Part shown: positions 14,927-24,516 of the stretch, in pieces
How the letters are laid out: each line of letters begins with the position of its first letter
Position numbering within the stretch: position 1 is the stretch's first letter
Source: a virus
Lineage: Duplodnaviria > Caudoviricetes
Length of the DNA: 52,751 nt
Strand: one strand, 5' to 3'
Virus record (IMG/VR): IMGVR_UViG_3300032579_000020
Coordinates: 1 to 52,751 of that record
The notes under the pieces: generated by a model
What the model was told of the DNA's origin: nothing
The model's database searches: none
Seen by the model: the letters and a program-made list of their open reading frames with translations, nothing else
Made by a program: the position numbers and the translations under genes

Positions 14927-15506
14927 TGGTGACGGGGTTCGGCACGTATCTCACCTGCCTGACGGCGAGAACGAATACGAGGAACAGTTCTTTAAGCCAG
15001 CGCGGCGTCCTCGCTTCACGGAGCGTGGCTACCGTATGTTTTGGGGCGGTGCGGACATCAACCCGAAGCTGTACGGAGAGAAGGCGCAGAAGGAAACACA
15101 CTTCTCGCTTGATGCTGACAGGCAAGACCTTGCAACGTATCGCAAGTGCATTGACCTAGACCTTGGCGCTGTTGGCATATGCCGTGGTTGCCAGTTCCTT
15201 TGGGCAATGTCAGGTGGTAGGTTGATGCAGGACATCGTTCCGCGCCATCCGTCGCCGCATGGAGTCAGGGGTACTGTTGACTTCTTCGTGAACAGCTACC
15301 ACCATCAAGGCTGCATTCTGACCAACGGAAAGCCGCCTGATGGTTTGGAGGTTCTTGCAACGCACGGAGACATCGTTGAGGCGTACGCCGGAACCAACCA
15401 TGATGGAGTTCGCGTCATGGCCGTGCAGTGGCACCCCGAAATGCTGCATGATAACTTTGCTTGCTCTCGCTGGTTTGACAAGAAAATAAAGGAGATGTTC
15501 GGATGA
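14910..15506 (+). CDS. Class I glutamine amidotransferase (peptidase C26 / PuuD-like)
   Basis: GGADINPKLYGE, GICRGCQ, VNSYHHQG, VQWHPE. Confidence 0.9.
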   Translation: MRVYIDGDGVRHVSHLPDGENEYEEQFFKPARRPRFTERGYRMFWGGADINPKLYGEKAQKETHFSLDADRQDLATYRKCIDLDLGAVGICRGCQFLWAMSGGRLMQDIVPRHPSPHGVRGTVDFFVNSYHHQGCILTNGKPPDGLEVLATHGDIVEAYAGTNHDGVRVMAVQWHPEMLHDNFACSRWFDKKIKEMFG

Positions 15507-16006
15507 ACGGTTCAGTATTCGGAGATAATGTTGTTGCACCCAAGGAAGGCGACATGGTGATGACAAAAACGGCAAATGGCTCATGCACTCACCTTGAGCT
15601 GTACGGATTTTGGTCGGTTAAAGGTTCCCAAGGTTGGAAAAAGATACCGGAAGACAAGAAGATGGTTGACTTTGAAGCGCGAAGACTTGATACAGCAGAG
15701 CAGCTTCTTGGGCTTCAATGTTTTAGCGGAAGCACCAAAATATATGCAGATAAAGATACGCCAGCATCACGCTGTGGATGGCTTGGCTACAAGATAATCT
15801 CCTGCCTAGTAACGGAAGAACAGAATATGCAGGCCATCCTTGAGGACCTAGGGTTCAAGACAGGCTTCGTTTCTGGAACTGGACAGAACACAATGCACCC
15901 AGGAACTACACTGATTCTGATGGCCGCTGACCCTGCCGTTCTCCACAAGCGGTGCCTAGAAGTGACAAGTAAAGGAGTTTATGTCAAAAAAGATAAAGCT
16001 ACCTGA
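15503..16006 (+). CDS. Hypothetical protein (possibly a degenerate GNAT fold)
   Basis: Coupled ORF; Q...AILEDLGFK motif. The fold guess is weak. Confidence 0.6.
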   Translation: MNGSVFGDNVVAPKEGDMVMTKTANGSCTHLELYGFWSVKGSQGWKKIPEDKKMVDFEARRLDTAEQLLGLQCFSGSTKIYADKDTPASRCGWLGYKIISCLVTEEQNMQAILEDLGFKTGFVSGTGQNTMHPGTTLILMAADPAVLHKRCLEVTSKGVYVKKDKAT

Positions 16007-16478
16007 GAATCCTCCGCACAAATACGCCATCTTCGTATGGCGCACAAAGCTCGGACGCCACGGACTAACGCTGCCAATGCTGGCGGCGTTTTCTCTTTGG
16101 TACAAAGGTGGTAACTTCGAGGACATCGAAGAGGTCCGCAAAGAGGCGATGCTGATCGGTGACGAGATGTACGAGCATCCTGATTGCGCGTTTCCTGTTT
16201 GCAGGAGAAATGAAAAGCGCGGAAAGATTGGTCCGGGATTTGATGTTGTTGGTGTTGACCCAGTTCCGACCAGAATCCACCACTTCACATGCGGGCGCAT
16301 AGGCGAGCTTGTGTTTGCCCTGAACACTGGCGGTATTCCGATACAACGCAGGCTGGCAATGCCTCGCTATCCTTGGACTGGTGTCTCAAAGAACAACGAC
16401 GCGTGGGGTCCGCTAACTGCGTGGGACTTGACGTTCTTCCGTTGCGTCAAACACTTCATGGAGAAAGGAAGCATGTAA
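15981..16478 (+). CDS. Hypothetical protein (YPWTGVSKN family, copy 2)
   Basis: AAGGAG RBS; shares the motif with 12998..13393. Confidence 0.7.
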   Translation: MSKKIKLPENPPHKYAIFVWRTKLGRHGLTLPMLAAFSLWYKGGNFEDIEEVRKEAMLIGDEMYEHPDCAFPVCRRNEKRGKIGPGFDVVGVDPVPTRIHHFTCGRIGELVFALNTGGIPIQRRLAMPRYPWTGVSKNNDAWGPLTAWDLTFFRCVKHFMEKGSM

Positions 16479-16702
16479 TGGCCGGTATACGCAAGTTCTT
16501 CGGCGAGGTTGACGAGAAGACGAACGAAGTGAAAGGCGCATTTCGTTTCGGCGCTGTTACCTTCTATCAATACTGTCTTCGCCACATCGAGGGTTTCTTC
16601 CAATGGCGTGAAATCAAATATCACGGTGAAATCGTGCTATGGCCGCACATCATGGGCAAGCCGCTGGACTATGACAAGGACTTATTTGGGAGCAACCAAT
16701 GA
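16478..16702 (+). CDS. Hypothetical protein
   Basis: TAATG coupling; MAGIRKFFGEV... Confidence 0.6.
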   Translation: MAGIRKFFGEVDEKTNEVKGAFRFGAVTFYQYCLRHIEGFFQWREIKYHGEIVLWPHIMGKPLDYDKDLFGSNQ

Positions 16703-16920
16703 AAGTATATCGCAATCTTGTCGTCAGCGTCATTAAGACAGTGGATGGCGTTGCGATGGTGCATGACGGCAGCGGGAACGTATTCGAGGTCAATGAAAAG
16801 GAAATCATTGCATACCCCGAGGCAGAACTTGCTTCATGTGTAGAGCGCGATATGGCCTGCACATACTGCCCTCATAACAAAGACGGGTGTACGCGTGTCA
16901 AAGAAAAGAGCTTTGCATGA
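16699..16920 (+). CDS. Hypothetical protein
   Basis: ATGA coupling; GGAG RBS. Confidence 0.6.
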   Translation: MKVYRNLVVSVIKTVDGVAMVHDGSGNVFEVNEKEIIAYPEAELASCVERDMACTYCPHNKDGCTRVKEKSFA

Positions 16921-17315
16921 TATGGAAAACAGGTGAACCCGGCTCGAACTGCTCTAAGTGTGGCGGGAAAGTAGAGGGGCTTCTTGTTGCATCTCAGGGA
17001 ATAATTCGCACCTGCGCCGGATGTTTCATCGAAATCTCGCCTGATGGCCCAATAGCTTGGGAGGCGGCTAATTTCTTCGGGTGCTCTGAAGACAAGTCTA
17101 TTGAGTTTGCTGAACATATCATAAGCGAGCTTGAGACGTATGGAATAATTTTGGGGCGCAGAGAGAGGCTGTGCCCTATTTGCTTTGGTTCTGGAAAGAT
17201 TTATCAGGGCCAGAAATGCAGCCTGTGTAGCGGCAGTGGAACGTTGGACTGTAAGGCGTGCGGAAACAAGGGTTTTAATACTGTGGGGCAAAAATGCCCT
17301 ATCTGCAATCGGTAA
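16917..17315 (+). CDS. Zn-finger protein with DnaJ-type CxxCxGxG repeats
   Basis: CPICFGSG, CSLCSGSG, CKACGNKG, CPIC. Confidence 0.7.
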   Translation: MIWKTGEPGSNCSKCGGKVEGLLVASQGIIRTCAGCFIEISPDGPIAWEAANFFGCSEDKSIEFAEHIISELETYGIILGRRERLCPICFGSGKIYQGQKCSLCSGSGTLDCKACGNKGFNTVGQKCPICNR

Positions 17316-17325
17316 GAGGGAAAAG

Positions 17326-18480
17326 ATGAAGAAAAACAAGAAGGTTCTGACGCGTGAGCTGGCTAAGTTGGCGCAAAATCACGGCAATTTATTGATGGGT
17401 GGTGATGTGGAGGCGTTCGCCATCGGTCCTGATGGTGTCGTTATCCCAGCGGATGCCGCCGGGTTCTTCCCGTACTCGCGTGAATACGTCAGGCCTGTTG
17501 GCGAAAGCCAATATCACAAAGTATTTGCGGATGGTGTTCAGGTTGAACTCAATTTCACTCCCGCAACTTGCCGTGACGGCATCGTTCTCTCGATGAATCG
17601 ATCAGTCAATGAGTGTATTCAGTACGCAAGTCGCAAGAGGGCGGCCAAGATGCACGCGCTGTCGGCGGTCAAGATGACTCAGGCGCAGATTGACGTTGGT
17701 CAATACCTGTCCCATGTCATGGGCTGCAACCCGGACTTCTCGGCGTACACCGACACCCCAAACCGTCCCATTGAGGACTACGCTAATCATCCGATTCGCA
17801 CCGCTGGTTATCATGTGCAGTTCGGCAAGTGTGTGAATCCGGAATACGAAAAGAAGTTCGCCAAACTGTGCGACAGAATCGTTGGACTCGTTGCCATGTG
17901 GGGCGACCGCGATGAGTCGCACAGGCTCCGTAAGGGCGACGGCGTTGGACTCGCTGGCTGCTACCGCAATCATCCGGCAGATGCAAACCCACGCTTCGAG
18001 TACCGCACCTGCGGTTCGTTCTGGCTCCGTAAGGCGGCTCTGTCTCACGCGCTGTTCGGAATGGCGCGGATGGTGCATCACATTTGGGAAAGCGGCATGG
18101 CTGACGTTGTGATTGACCAGATCGAAGACGACGAAGCCCGTGCAGCCATCAACAACTGCGACAATGATGCCTGCAAGGCGCTGTTTATGCGGCTGCTTCC
18201 GTTCCTGTCTGATGTGGCGGTCAACATCAAGGACTGGCAGTTGCCAATTTCAAGTTGCAATAACACGGCCTACGCCTCGTACACACCCATACGAGACAAG
18301 GAGCGTACATTCCAGCTTGCTGCGCTGGTGTGGATGCTGGACGGAAACATGAAGTTCGATTCAGAACTGAACGACTTCACCGCCGGAGATTACTATGGCT
18401 GGAATAACTACTCGCACGCGCAACTTAGATACAATGCCGCCTATCGCAAGTTCGAGACCGAGTTCATGGCGAATCTGTAA
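17326..18480 (+). CDS. phiEco32-like COOH-NH2 ligase (type 2)
   Basis: GGDVEAF, DGVQVELN, GCNPDFSAY, RTAGYHVQFG, GLAGCYR, FEYRT. Confidence 0.85.
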   Translation: MKKNKKVLTRELAKLAQNHGNLLMGGDVEAFAIGPDGVVIPADAAGFFPYSREYVRPVGESQYHKVFADGVQVELNFTPATCRDGIVLSMNRSVNECIQYASRKRAAKMHALSAVKMTQAQIDVGQYLSHVMGCNPDFSAYTDTPNRPIEDYANHPIRTAGYHVQFGKCVNPEYEKKFAKLCDRIVGLVAMWGDRDESHRLRKGDGVGLAGCYRNHPADANPRFEYRTCGSFWLRKAALSHALFGMARMVHHIWESGMADVVIDQIEDDEARAAINNCDNDACKALFMRLLPFLSDVAVNIKDWQLPISSCNNTAYASYTPIRDKERTFQLAALVWMLDGNMKFDSELNDFTAGDYYGWNNYSHAQLRYNAAYRKFETEFMANL

Positions 18481-18496
18481 AAAGACCGGAGGCAGT

Positions 18497-18721
18497 ATGA
18501 AGGAACTCGTTCTGCATATGTACAGAACGCTTCTGAGCAAGAAGTTCAGGAGCGAGTCTCAAGCAAAAGAGGCTTTGACAGCTCGCATCCGTAACGGTCA
18601 GACACGCGAGGAAGCCATCACATCAATGTACGTATCGTATGTTGATGTGTTGCTGGGGATGAAGGCACCACACGCAGACGACCAAGAGGATGTGCTTCAA
18701 CTTGAAAATCGACAGAATTAA
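18497..18721 (+). CDS. Hypothetical protein
   Basis: GGAGG RBS before MKELVLHMY... Confidence 0.6.
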   Translation: MKELVLHMYRTLLSKKFRSESQAKEALTARIRNGQTREEAITSMYVSYVDVLLGMKAPHADDQEDVLQLENRQN

Positions 18722-20141
18722 GTGCAAGTGCAACTCGCCAGCAATAGGGTTTGTGCTAGATGTGCCGATCTGCAAGCAATGCTTCCGTCGTGACTACACA
18801 AGGTTCGGTGAAGGCTTCGAGCTTCGCAAGAACGTAGTCATTGAAGAGGGCGGAAGCCTTCGCAGGCGCGACGAGGTGCACGAACTCATAGACCCAAAGA
18901 CCGGGCGAAAGATTTACTCACGCAACCGATACGAGATTCGGGGGCAAGGGTTTGTGTCAGAGAAAACTCTGACAAGCGCTGTTGAAAGTCGAGAGGTTAT
19001 TGAAACCCACAGAGGCTTTTATCGAGCAGGAGACCTTGTGTACGACGACTTCGGAAGACCGTTTCCTAAGGAGTATGCTCTAAAGTATTCCCGTAAGTGC
19101 GCGTCTTGTGGCAAGGCGTACACAGTTTCAGGTGGTCAGCAAACCATGTCGGAGACAATGTGCTTCGAATGCCAAGTAAAGAAAGGATGCTCGTGCCAGA
19201 ACTGCGGAAAGCCTTTCACGCCAAACCCTCAGATTAGATCAATGTTAATGCTTGGCATTGACAAGTACATCTATGGTTACTGTCCTGCGTGTGTAGAGAA
19301 AAGCCTGCCGTTTGTGTATCACGGAAAGAAGGAGGTAGAAGGAACAGGCAGGACCGTAGGCGTTGAGGTAGAGTGCGAGCCTACGGTTGGCTCCCAGCTT
19401 GAACTTGCCATGTGGGGCGACAAGGAGCATATGGTGACAGGGATTACCGACGGCTCGCTACGAGGGAAGTTCCCGTGCGAGTTTGTGTCGCCAATTCTGC
19501 ACGAGTCGAACTATGAATGGTGGCTTGGCGAGTTCGGCAAGCGTCTGAACGCAGTTGTTTATATGCGCTGCGGGCTGCACATCCACATCGGAACGCAGGA
19601 GTTCGGGTGGTTCGAGATGAACAACCTGATGCGCTACCTGAAGAAGTACGAGCAGTTCTTCTTTAGCGTGGTGTCTCCGTCTCGCAGGCTTCCAGAGGTT
19701 GTGAACGGAAACAACGCAGGTCTTCCGGTTACACTGCCAGACATCCCTGCATTCCATAGCCGAGAAGATTTGCTGGACTGGTGCTATGGCAGGTCTAGGG
19801 TTAAGCAGAGCATTGGGAGTAACATTCACAAGACCAAGCGGTGCAACGACAGGGGTGCTAAGTACGATGGCAACCTGAACAGGTATCAGTGGGCCAACTT
19901 TCACGGGCACTGGTTCAAGGGTGCTATTGAAATCAGAATTCATCAAGGCACATCCAACGTCCAGAAGATTGCTAACTGGATGGAGTTCTGGTTCAACATC
20001 ATTCCTCACGCTGCCCTGCCGGAAGAGAAGTGGAAGCACCCGCTAAAGGTTATTCCGAAGCACCTAGAGGTGTACTACCTCGATAGAATTGAACGCTTTA
20101 AAAAGCTGGCTAAATCTGGCCTAGTTCAACGTTTGCAATAA
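18690..20141 (+). CDS. Putative amidoligase with N-terminal Zn fingers
   Basis: GVEVEC, TDGSL, EFVSPIL, CGLHIHIG, RY.WAN, IEIRIHQGT. Confidence 0.88.
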   Translation: MCFNLKIDRIKCKCNSPAIGFVLDVPICKQCFRRDYTRFGEGFELRKNVVIEEGGSLRRRDEVHELIDPKTGRKIYSRNRYEIRGQGFVSEKTLTSAVESREVIETHRGFYRAGDLVYDDFGRPFPKEYALKYSRKCASCGKAYTVSGGQQTMSETMCFECQVKKGCSCQNCGKPFTPNPQIRSMLMLGIDKYIYGYCPACVEKSLPFVYHGKKEVEGTGRTVGVEVECEPTVGSQLELAMWGDKEHMVTGITDGSLRGKFPCEFVSPILHESNYEWWLGEFGKRLNAVVYMRCGLHIHIGTQEFGWFEMNNLMRYLKKYEQFFFSVVSPSRRLPEVVNGNNAGLPVTLPDIPAFHSREDLLDWCYGRSRVKQSIGSNIHKTKRCNDRGAKYDGNLNRYQWANFHGHWFKGAIEIRIHQGTSNVQKIANWMEFWFNIIPHAALPEEKWKHPLKVIPKHLEVYYLDRIERFKKLAKSGLVQRLQ

Positions 20142-20158
20142 GAAAGCAGGGTACTTAA

Positions 20159-21712
20159 GTGTGTGGAATTTGGGGCGGATTTAACGGCGAGACCTATAGG
20201 AATATGGTTCTCGCTATTCTGAACATTGAGCGTGGACGCGATTCGTTTGGCTTCACTACGGAGAACGAGAAGGGAGACGGGTACGACATTGGTCACGGAC
20301 TAGGCTCAATCGTTCAGGCAATGAAGGATGAGGGGTTCCCGATGGATGTGTATAGCAAGAAGATGTTTCTCGGGCACACCCGAAACTCGTCGGTTGGTAC
20401 GGTTACTCTTAAGAATGCCCATCCCTTCACCAGCGGGCACATTACTGGTGCGCACAATGGAAGGGTTGCAAACTTCTGGATTCTAAAGAACGAATACAAA
20501 GACCAGCACAAGGAGGTTGACGCCTTCGACGTTGACTCTGAAATCATCTTCTGGCTTCTGAACGAGTTTGGCGTGAATGCGCTGGCTCGGCTTGAAGGAC
20601 GCATCGCTTGCTGGTGGGTGGACGACAGGAAGCCGGGCAAAGTGTTTGCGTGGATTTGGAATCAGGACTTCGCTGTGGCATTGAAGCCATACCCTGCGTT
20701 CTCGTCTGACGACAACCATCTGCGCGTTGCTGGATTCGATGACATCAAGAAGCTGGAAGACACTGGTCAGTTAATCAAGTTCGACATGAAGGAGGCAGAC
20801 AAGGGATTTACTCAGGTGGCGTTTATACCGGGGCACACGGCTCCCATTGTCACGGTCAAAGACAATCGCATTTCATGGCCTTCTGATACAGGTTTCATAC
20901 AGTATCCAAATACCAAGAAGTCCCTTAATGATAAAGAGATGACCTGCATTGGCAGGGTGTGGGACGTGGCTTCGCAGGACTGGATAAAGCCTAAGGCGTT
21001 TTTGAACGCAGTCAATGACGACGGAGTTACAGACAGCGACGAGAAGCATCGCGTTATACTGTCGTCGATACATATCGGAGCCAGCGTGTATCAGTGCGCC
21101 TCGTGCCATGAGATGGTTACAAAGAAGCACACCACACAGAACGCTGCGTGTCAGGACATCCATAGCGGTTGCGGCGGAGTATGCGAGCAGCCAATAGCTG
21201 GCGTCATGTATGACCTAAGACAAGTAGCCTCGTCTGAGATTGCCAAGTTTGTTGGCAAGGTTGAAACAAGGTTTCATCCTCGGGAGATTCGTGCTTTTAT
21301 AAAGAATGATAGAACTATTCTTACCCAAAAGGAGTCAAAACAAACTGAGGCAACCGCAGGGAAACAACTGCACCTTCCAATCGGGGCAGAGATTAGGAGC
21401 ATCTGCGACATCTGCCTTGGTTGCCAGCTTAAGACGCCAGACCTTGTTCTAGCTTCGTGTGCCACGTTCCGACACGTTGACGGAGCCAGTATGTGCAAGA
21501 TGTGCATTTCAGATTGCCAGCTAATTGGAAAGGGACACAGCATCGTCGGGTGCAGGACGTTCAGAGCTAGGATAACTCAGGAGCGACCTCAGTTGAAGGA
21601 GCTGCTCGGAACGACCGTGGATGGATGGGAAAACCCATGTGATAAATGCGCCATTGAGTACTGCTATAAACGTGGAAAGGTATTGGACTGTTCGGAGGCT
21701 ACACCGTTCTAA
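20159..21712 (+). CDS. Class II (Ntn) glutamine amidotransferase with Cys-rich C-terminus
   Basis: N-terminal CGIWG, RGRDSFG, GHTR, NAHPF, HNG, VDSE. Confidence 0.9.
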   Translation: MCGIWGGFNGETYRNMVLAILNIERGRDSFGFTTENEKGDGYDIGHGLGSIVQAMKDEGFPMDVYSKKMFLGHTRNSSVGTVTLKNAHPFTSGHITGAHNGRVANFWILKNEYKDQHKEVDAFDVDSEIIFWLLNEFGVNALARLEGRIACWWVDDRKPGKVFAWIWNQDFAVALKPYPAFSSDDNHLRVAGFDDIKKLEDTGQLIKFDMKEADKGFTQVAFIPGHTAPIVTVKDNRISWPSDTGFIQYPNTKKSLNDKEMTCIGRVWDVASQDWIKPKAFLNAVNDDGVTDSDEKHRVILSSIHIGASVYQCASCHEMVTKKHTTQNAACQDIHSGCGGVCEQPIAGVMYDLRQVASSEIAKFVGKVETRFHPREIRAFIKNDRTILTQKESKQTEATAGKQLHLPIGAEIRSICDICLGCQLKTPDLVLASCATFRHVDGASMCKMCISDCQLIGKGHSIVGCRTFRARITQERPQLKELLGTTVDGWENPCDKCAIEYCYKRGKVLDCSEATPF

Positions 21713-22518
21713 TGAAAAAGATTGTAAAGTATAACTGTATCGAGACGATGAAGAAGATCATCGCTCACATGAAGCAGAAGGTTGATGTTGTTGATTCGCT
21801 GAACGGTGATGCCTTGACTCATCTGATACGTTATGGCAACACTCAACCGTTCGACAACGCTGACCTGACGTATAACTGGCAGTCAGCTATTCTCAACGCC
21901 GCCGACAAGATTGACGCTCGCCGACTGATGAGGGCTGCTGGTGTTATGATTCCGCGCACAGTCCTGCCTGACGATGATGTTGGCATTATGCAACTCATCG
22001 GAAAGTGGATTGCTCGCCCGTCAGAACACTTCGCTGGCTCCAACTTCGAGGTGATTGTTGGGCGCAAGAAGGCACGCGAGTTCTTGGACAACGGCTGGTA
22101 CCTGTCGAAGATATTCAAGAAGGAGCGCGAGCTTAGGATTCACTGCGCCCACGGCAGGGTGCTGCTGATTCACGACAAGGGCATTGATGGCCGCACACTC
22201 AACAGCAACACTAACACAACGGCAGACTGGTCAGTACTTGAGTGGAAAGATTATCCGTTGCTGGCGTGTCAGCAAGCGTTGAAGGCTTGCGATGCCTTGG
22301 GACTGGATTGGGGCGGAGTGGATGTTCTAACGCACGGAGACGACTGTGTTGTGCTCGAAGTCAACACTGCTCCGTCTGTTCCGGGTCAGATAGGCCCGAA
22401 GAAATATGCTCGCTACTTCGACTGGTTGCTGTCGTCTGACAAGCGCCGCGAGCATTACGATTGGAAGAAAATCAAAACAGGCCATGATATGCCTTGGAGA
22501 CACGAAGAGCTAAAATGA
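21712..22518 (+). CDS. ATP-grasp ligase (RimK-like)
   Basis: DK.......GV..P, ELRIHC, ALGLDWGGVDV, VLEVNTAP. Confidence 0.88.
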   Translation: MKKIVKYNCIETMKKIIAHMKQKVDVVDSLNGDALTHLIRYGNTQPFDNADLTYNWQSAILNAADKIDARRLMRAAGVMIPRTVLPDDDVGIMQLIGKWIARPSEHFAGSNFEVIVGRKKAREFLDNGWYLSKIFKKERELRIHCAHGRVLLIHDKGIDGRTLNSNTNTTADWSVLEWKDYPLLACQQALKACDALGLDWGGVDVLTHGDDCVVLEVNTAPSVPGQIGPKKYARYFDWLLSSDKRREHYDWKKIKTGHDMPWRHEELK

Positions 22519-22862
22519 TTAAGTCGTTCACACTTTTAGGTAAGACGTTCCGCGTAATCAATGACGACAAGCATCTAAAGAAAATCGGACTACTTGGACT
22601 ACTACGCTTCGACGAAGGCATCATATACCTACGAAATGAAGCATTCCAAGAACCATTGCACCAGACACACCAGCACACGTTCCTTCACGAACTTGTGCAC
22701 GCCGTCTTGTATTCAATGGGAGAGGCCGAGCTATGCAAGAACGAGAAGTTCGTTGATGTATTCGCCGGTCTATTGCAGCAGTTTCATAACACAAAAGTAA
22801 ATGGAGTAAAACATGCCAAGGTACTTTTACAGCGAACGACACGCGGTAGTATACAGAACTGA
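22515..22862 (+). CDS. Small zincin-like metallopeptidase (HExxH)
   Basis: TFLHELVHAVL...E..V. Confidence 0.7.
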   Translation: MIKSFTLLGKTFRVINDDKHLKKIGLLGLLRFDEGIIYLRNEAFQEPLHQTHQHTFLHELVHAVLYSMGEAELCKNEKFVDVFAGLLQQFHNTKVNGVKHAKVLLQRTTRGSIQN

Positions 22863-23460
22863 CGAAGCGCAAGCCGAACCAACAGATATTGTTGTCGTTG
22901 CCGCTAACAAGCGAGACGCGCTGACGTTAATTCTACAGCAAAAGGACAAACTTGCGGCGGCCTCAATGGTGCCAAACCCGCTTGAGGCAATAGTTAGCCT
23001 GCGATGTCCATTCTGTAAGTGTAGATTCAGTACGGTAATCATTAAGAAGCAACAGAACATTGCAACCTGCCGGTCATGCGGAAGCAAGAGCGTTCCGTTC
23101 ACTAATGGAAACCCTCGTGGTTGGGCAATGAAAGAGCAGGCAAAGAAGTCAAAGACACTTGGCGAGCAGGCGAATGCTGCGTTCTTTGAGCGCAAAGCGC
23201 CTATCCTTCCTCAACCGTGGCGCGACTTCGTTATCCGAGAAGCACAGCAACCAGCTATTCGTGACCTGCAAGGCGATGTGTTCGCCGAGGTTCCGACTCC
23301 TTCGCCTGAAGATCAGCGTCGCAGGGACGATAGAGGAAGGATTAACCCACAAGACCTAAGCGTTAGAGAGCTGGCAAACTTGAGCCGGGCTTTTCTTATT
23401 TACTTTAACAAAGACACTTTACGTTGGGAGTACAATGACAACAAACCGGCTCAGTTCTAA
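22813..23460 (+). CDS. Zn-ribbon hypothetical protein
   Basis: CPFC...CRSC; GGAG RBS. Confidence 0.65.
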   Translation: MPRYFYSERHAVVYRTDEAQAEPTDIVVVAANKRDALTLILQQKDKLAAASMVPNPLEAIVSLRCPFCKCRFSTVIIKKQQNIATCRSCGSKSVPFTNGNPRGWAMKEQAKKSKTLGEQANAAFFERKAPILPQPWRDFVIREAQQPAIRDLQGDVFAEVPTPSPEDQRRRDDRGRINPQDLSVRELANLSRAFLIYFNKDTLRWEYNDNKPAQF

Positions 23461-23816
23461 TGAAATCAATAGTAACAATTAAGAGGCAGAAGACTTCCAC
23501 GGGATGGAAGTTTATCGTGTCCGACCTTGGTAACGTAATCAAGGTAATTGACGATGTGAACAAGGCGCGTGGAGCTAAGAAAGCGCATGAGTGTGCCGAC
23601 CAGTACCGAGAGAGTGTGTTGGATAACAGCGAGAACTCAGAGAAAGTTGTCTCGTTCACATGCCGCTGTGGTAGGTCGTGCAGCGCAACGTATATGCTGG
23701 CACACGGAAGTTCTCCTGTGTGTGAGATATGTGCAAAGCAGCAGCAGTCCGCAACGCATACGGACGATGATGAAGCTAGGTTTGACGACCTAGTATCAAT
23801 GGTGGAAGATGGGTAA
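23460..23816 (+). CDS. Hypothetical Zn-binding protein
   Basis: TAATG coupling; CRCG...CEIC. Confidence 0.6.
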   Translation: MKSIVTIKRQKTSTGWKFIVSDLGNVIKVIDDVNKARGAKKAHECADQYRESVLDNSENSEKVVSFTCRCGRSCSATYMLAHGSSPVCEICAKQQQSATHTDDDEARFDDLVSMVEDG

Positions 23817-24146
23817 TGAAACCAGTAATATCTAAATACAAAATCTACGCTAGGCACAATGGACGAACCGTTGATGTCGGAGAGTTCGAGTCTGATGCTC
23901 TTGGTAATGCTATCAATCTAGCAAGGAAGAAGCATCCAGAGCTGTCGTACTACACATTCTATGAGCCGAAGAAAGATGAATGAGAAAACTCAAACACGAA
24001 TGGATTTGCCACGGCTGCGCTGTAAAGCGTGGAGCTACGTGGCCTAAGGGTGTTATAGTAACCGCCAGAATGGATACGTGTCCATACTGCAAGATTCGCA
24101 GCGGGCTGACCAAGGTAACCGATTGGAAATGGACGGAGAAGAAGGC

Positions 24147-24329
24147 GTGAAGCTTATTATTGGAGGCTCTGACGTTAAGTGCACTAGGTGTGGATATATG
24201 CTTTCAGTTGACAATGAAAACGAACATGGAGATTTACCGTATGTTTTCAAGGCTGACTGCCCGCAGTGCGGGTTGCAACTAACCGTAGAGACTCACGTTG
24301 AGTTGACGTACACTTGCCATGAAACTTGA
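24147..24329 (+). CDS. Zn-ribbon protein (similar to the next gene)
   Basis: GTGA overlap; (M)KLIIGGSDVKCTRCG...CPQCG. Confidence 0.55.
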   Translation: MKLIIGGSDVKCTRCGYMLSVDNENEHGDLPYVFKADCPQCGLQLTVETHVELTYTCHET

Positions 24330-24516
24330 ACGAACAACACAAGGAGCAGATATAGTCTGCCCGTTTTGTGGAGAGTTTCTTTGCGTTGATTTCTGCGATG
24401 AGTTTGACAGGCCAGTAAGCGGTGTCGAACTTGCTTCGTGTCCTAAGTGTCAGAACACTCTTAGCGTTAGCGCCTATATGCAGTACCACGTAAACACGGT
24501 AAACAATGAAACTTGA
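24319..24516 (+). CDS. Zn-ribbon protein
   Basis: MKLERTTQGADIVCPFCG...CPKCQ. Confidence 0.6.
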   Translation: MKLERTTQGADIVCPFCGEFLCVDFCDEFDRPVSGVELASCPKCQNTLSVSAYMQYHVNTVNNET

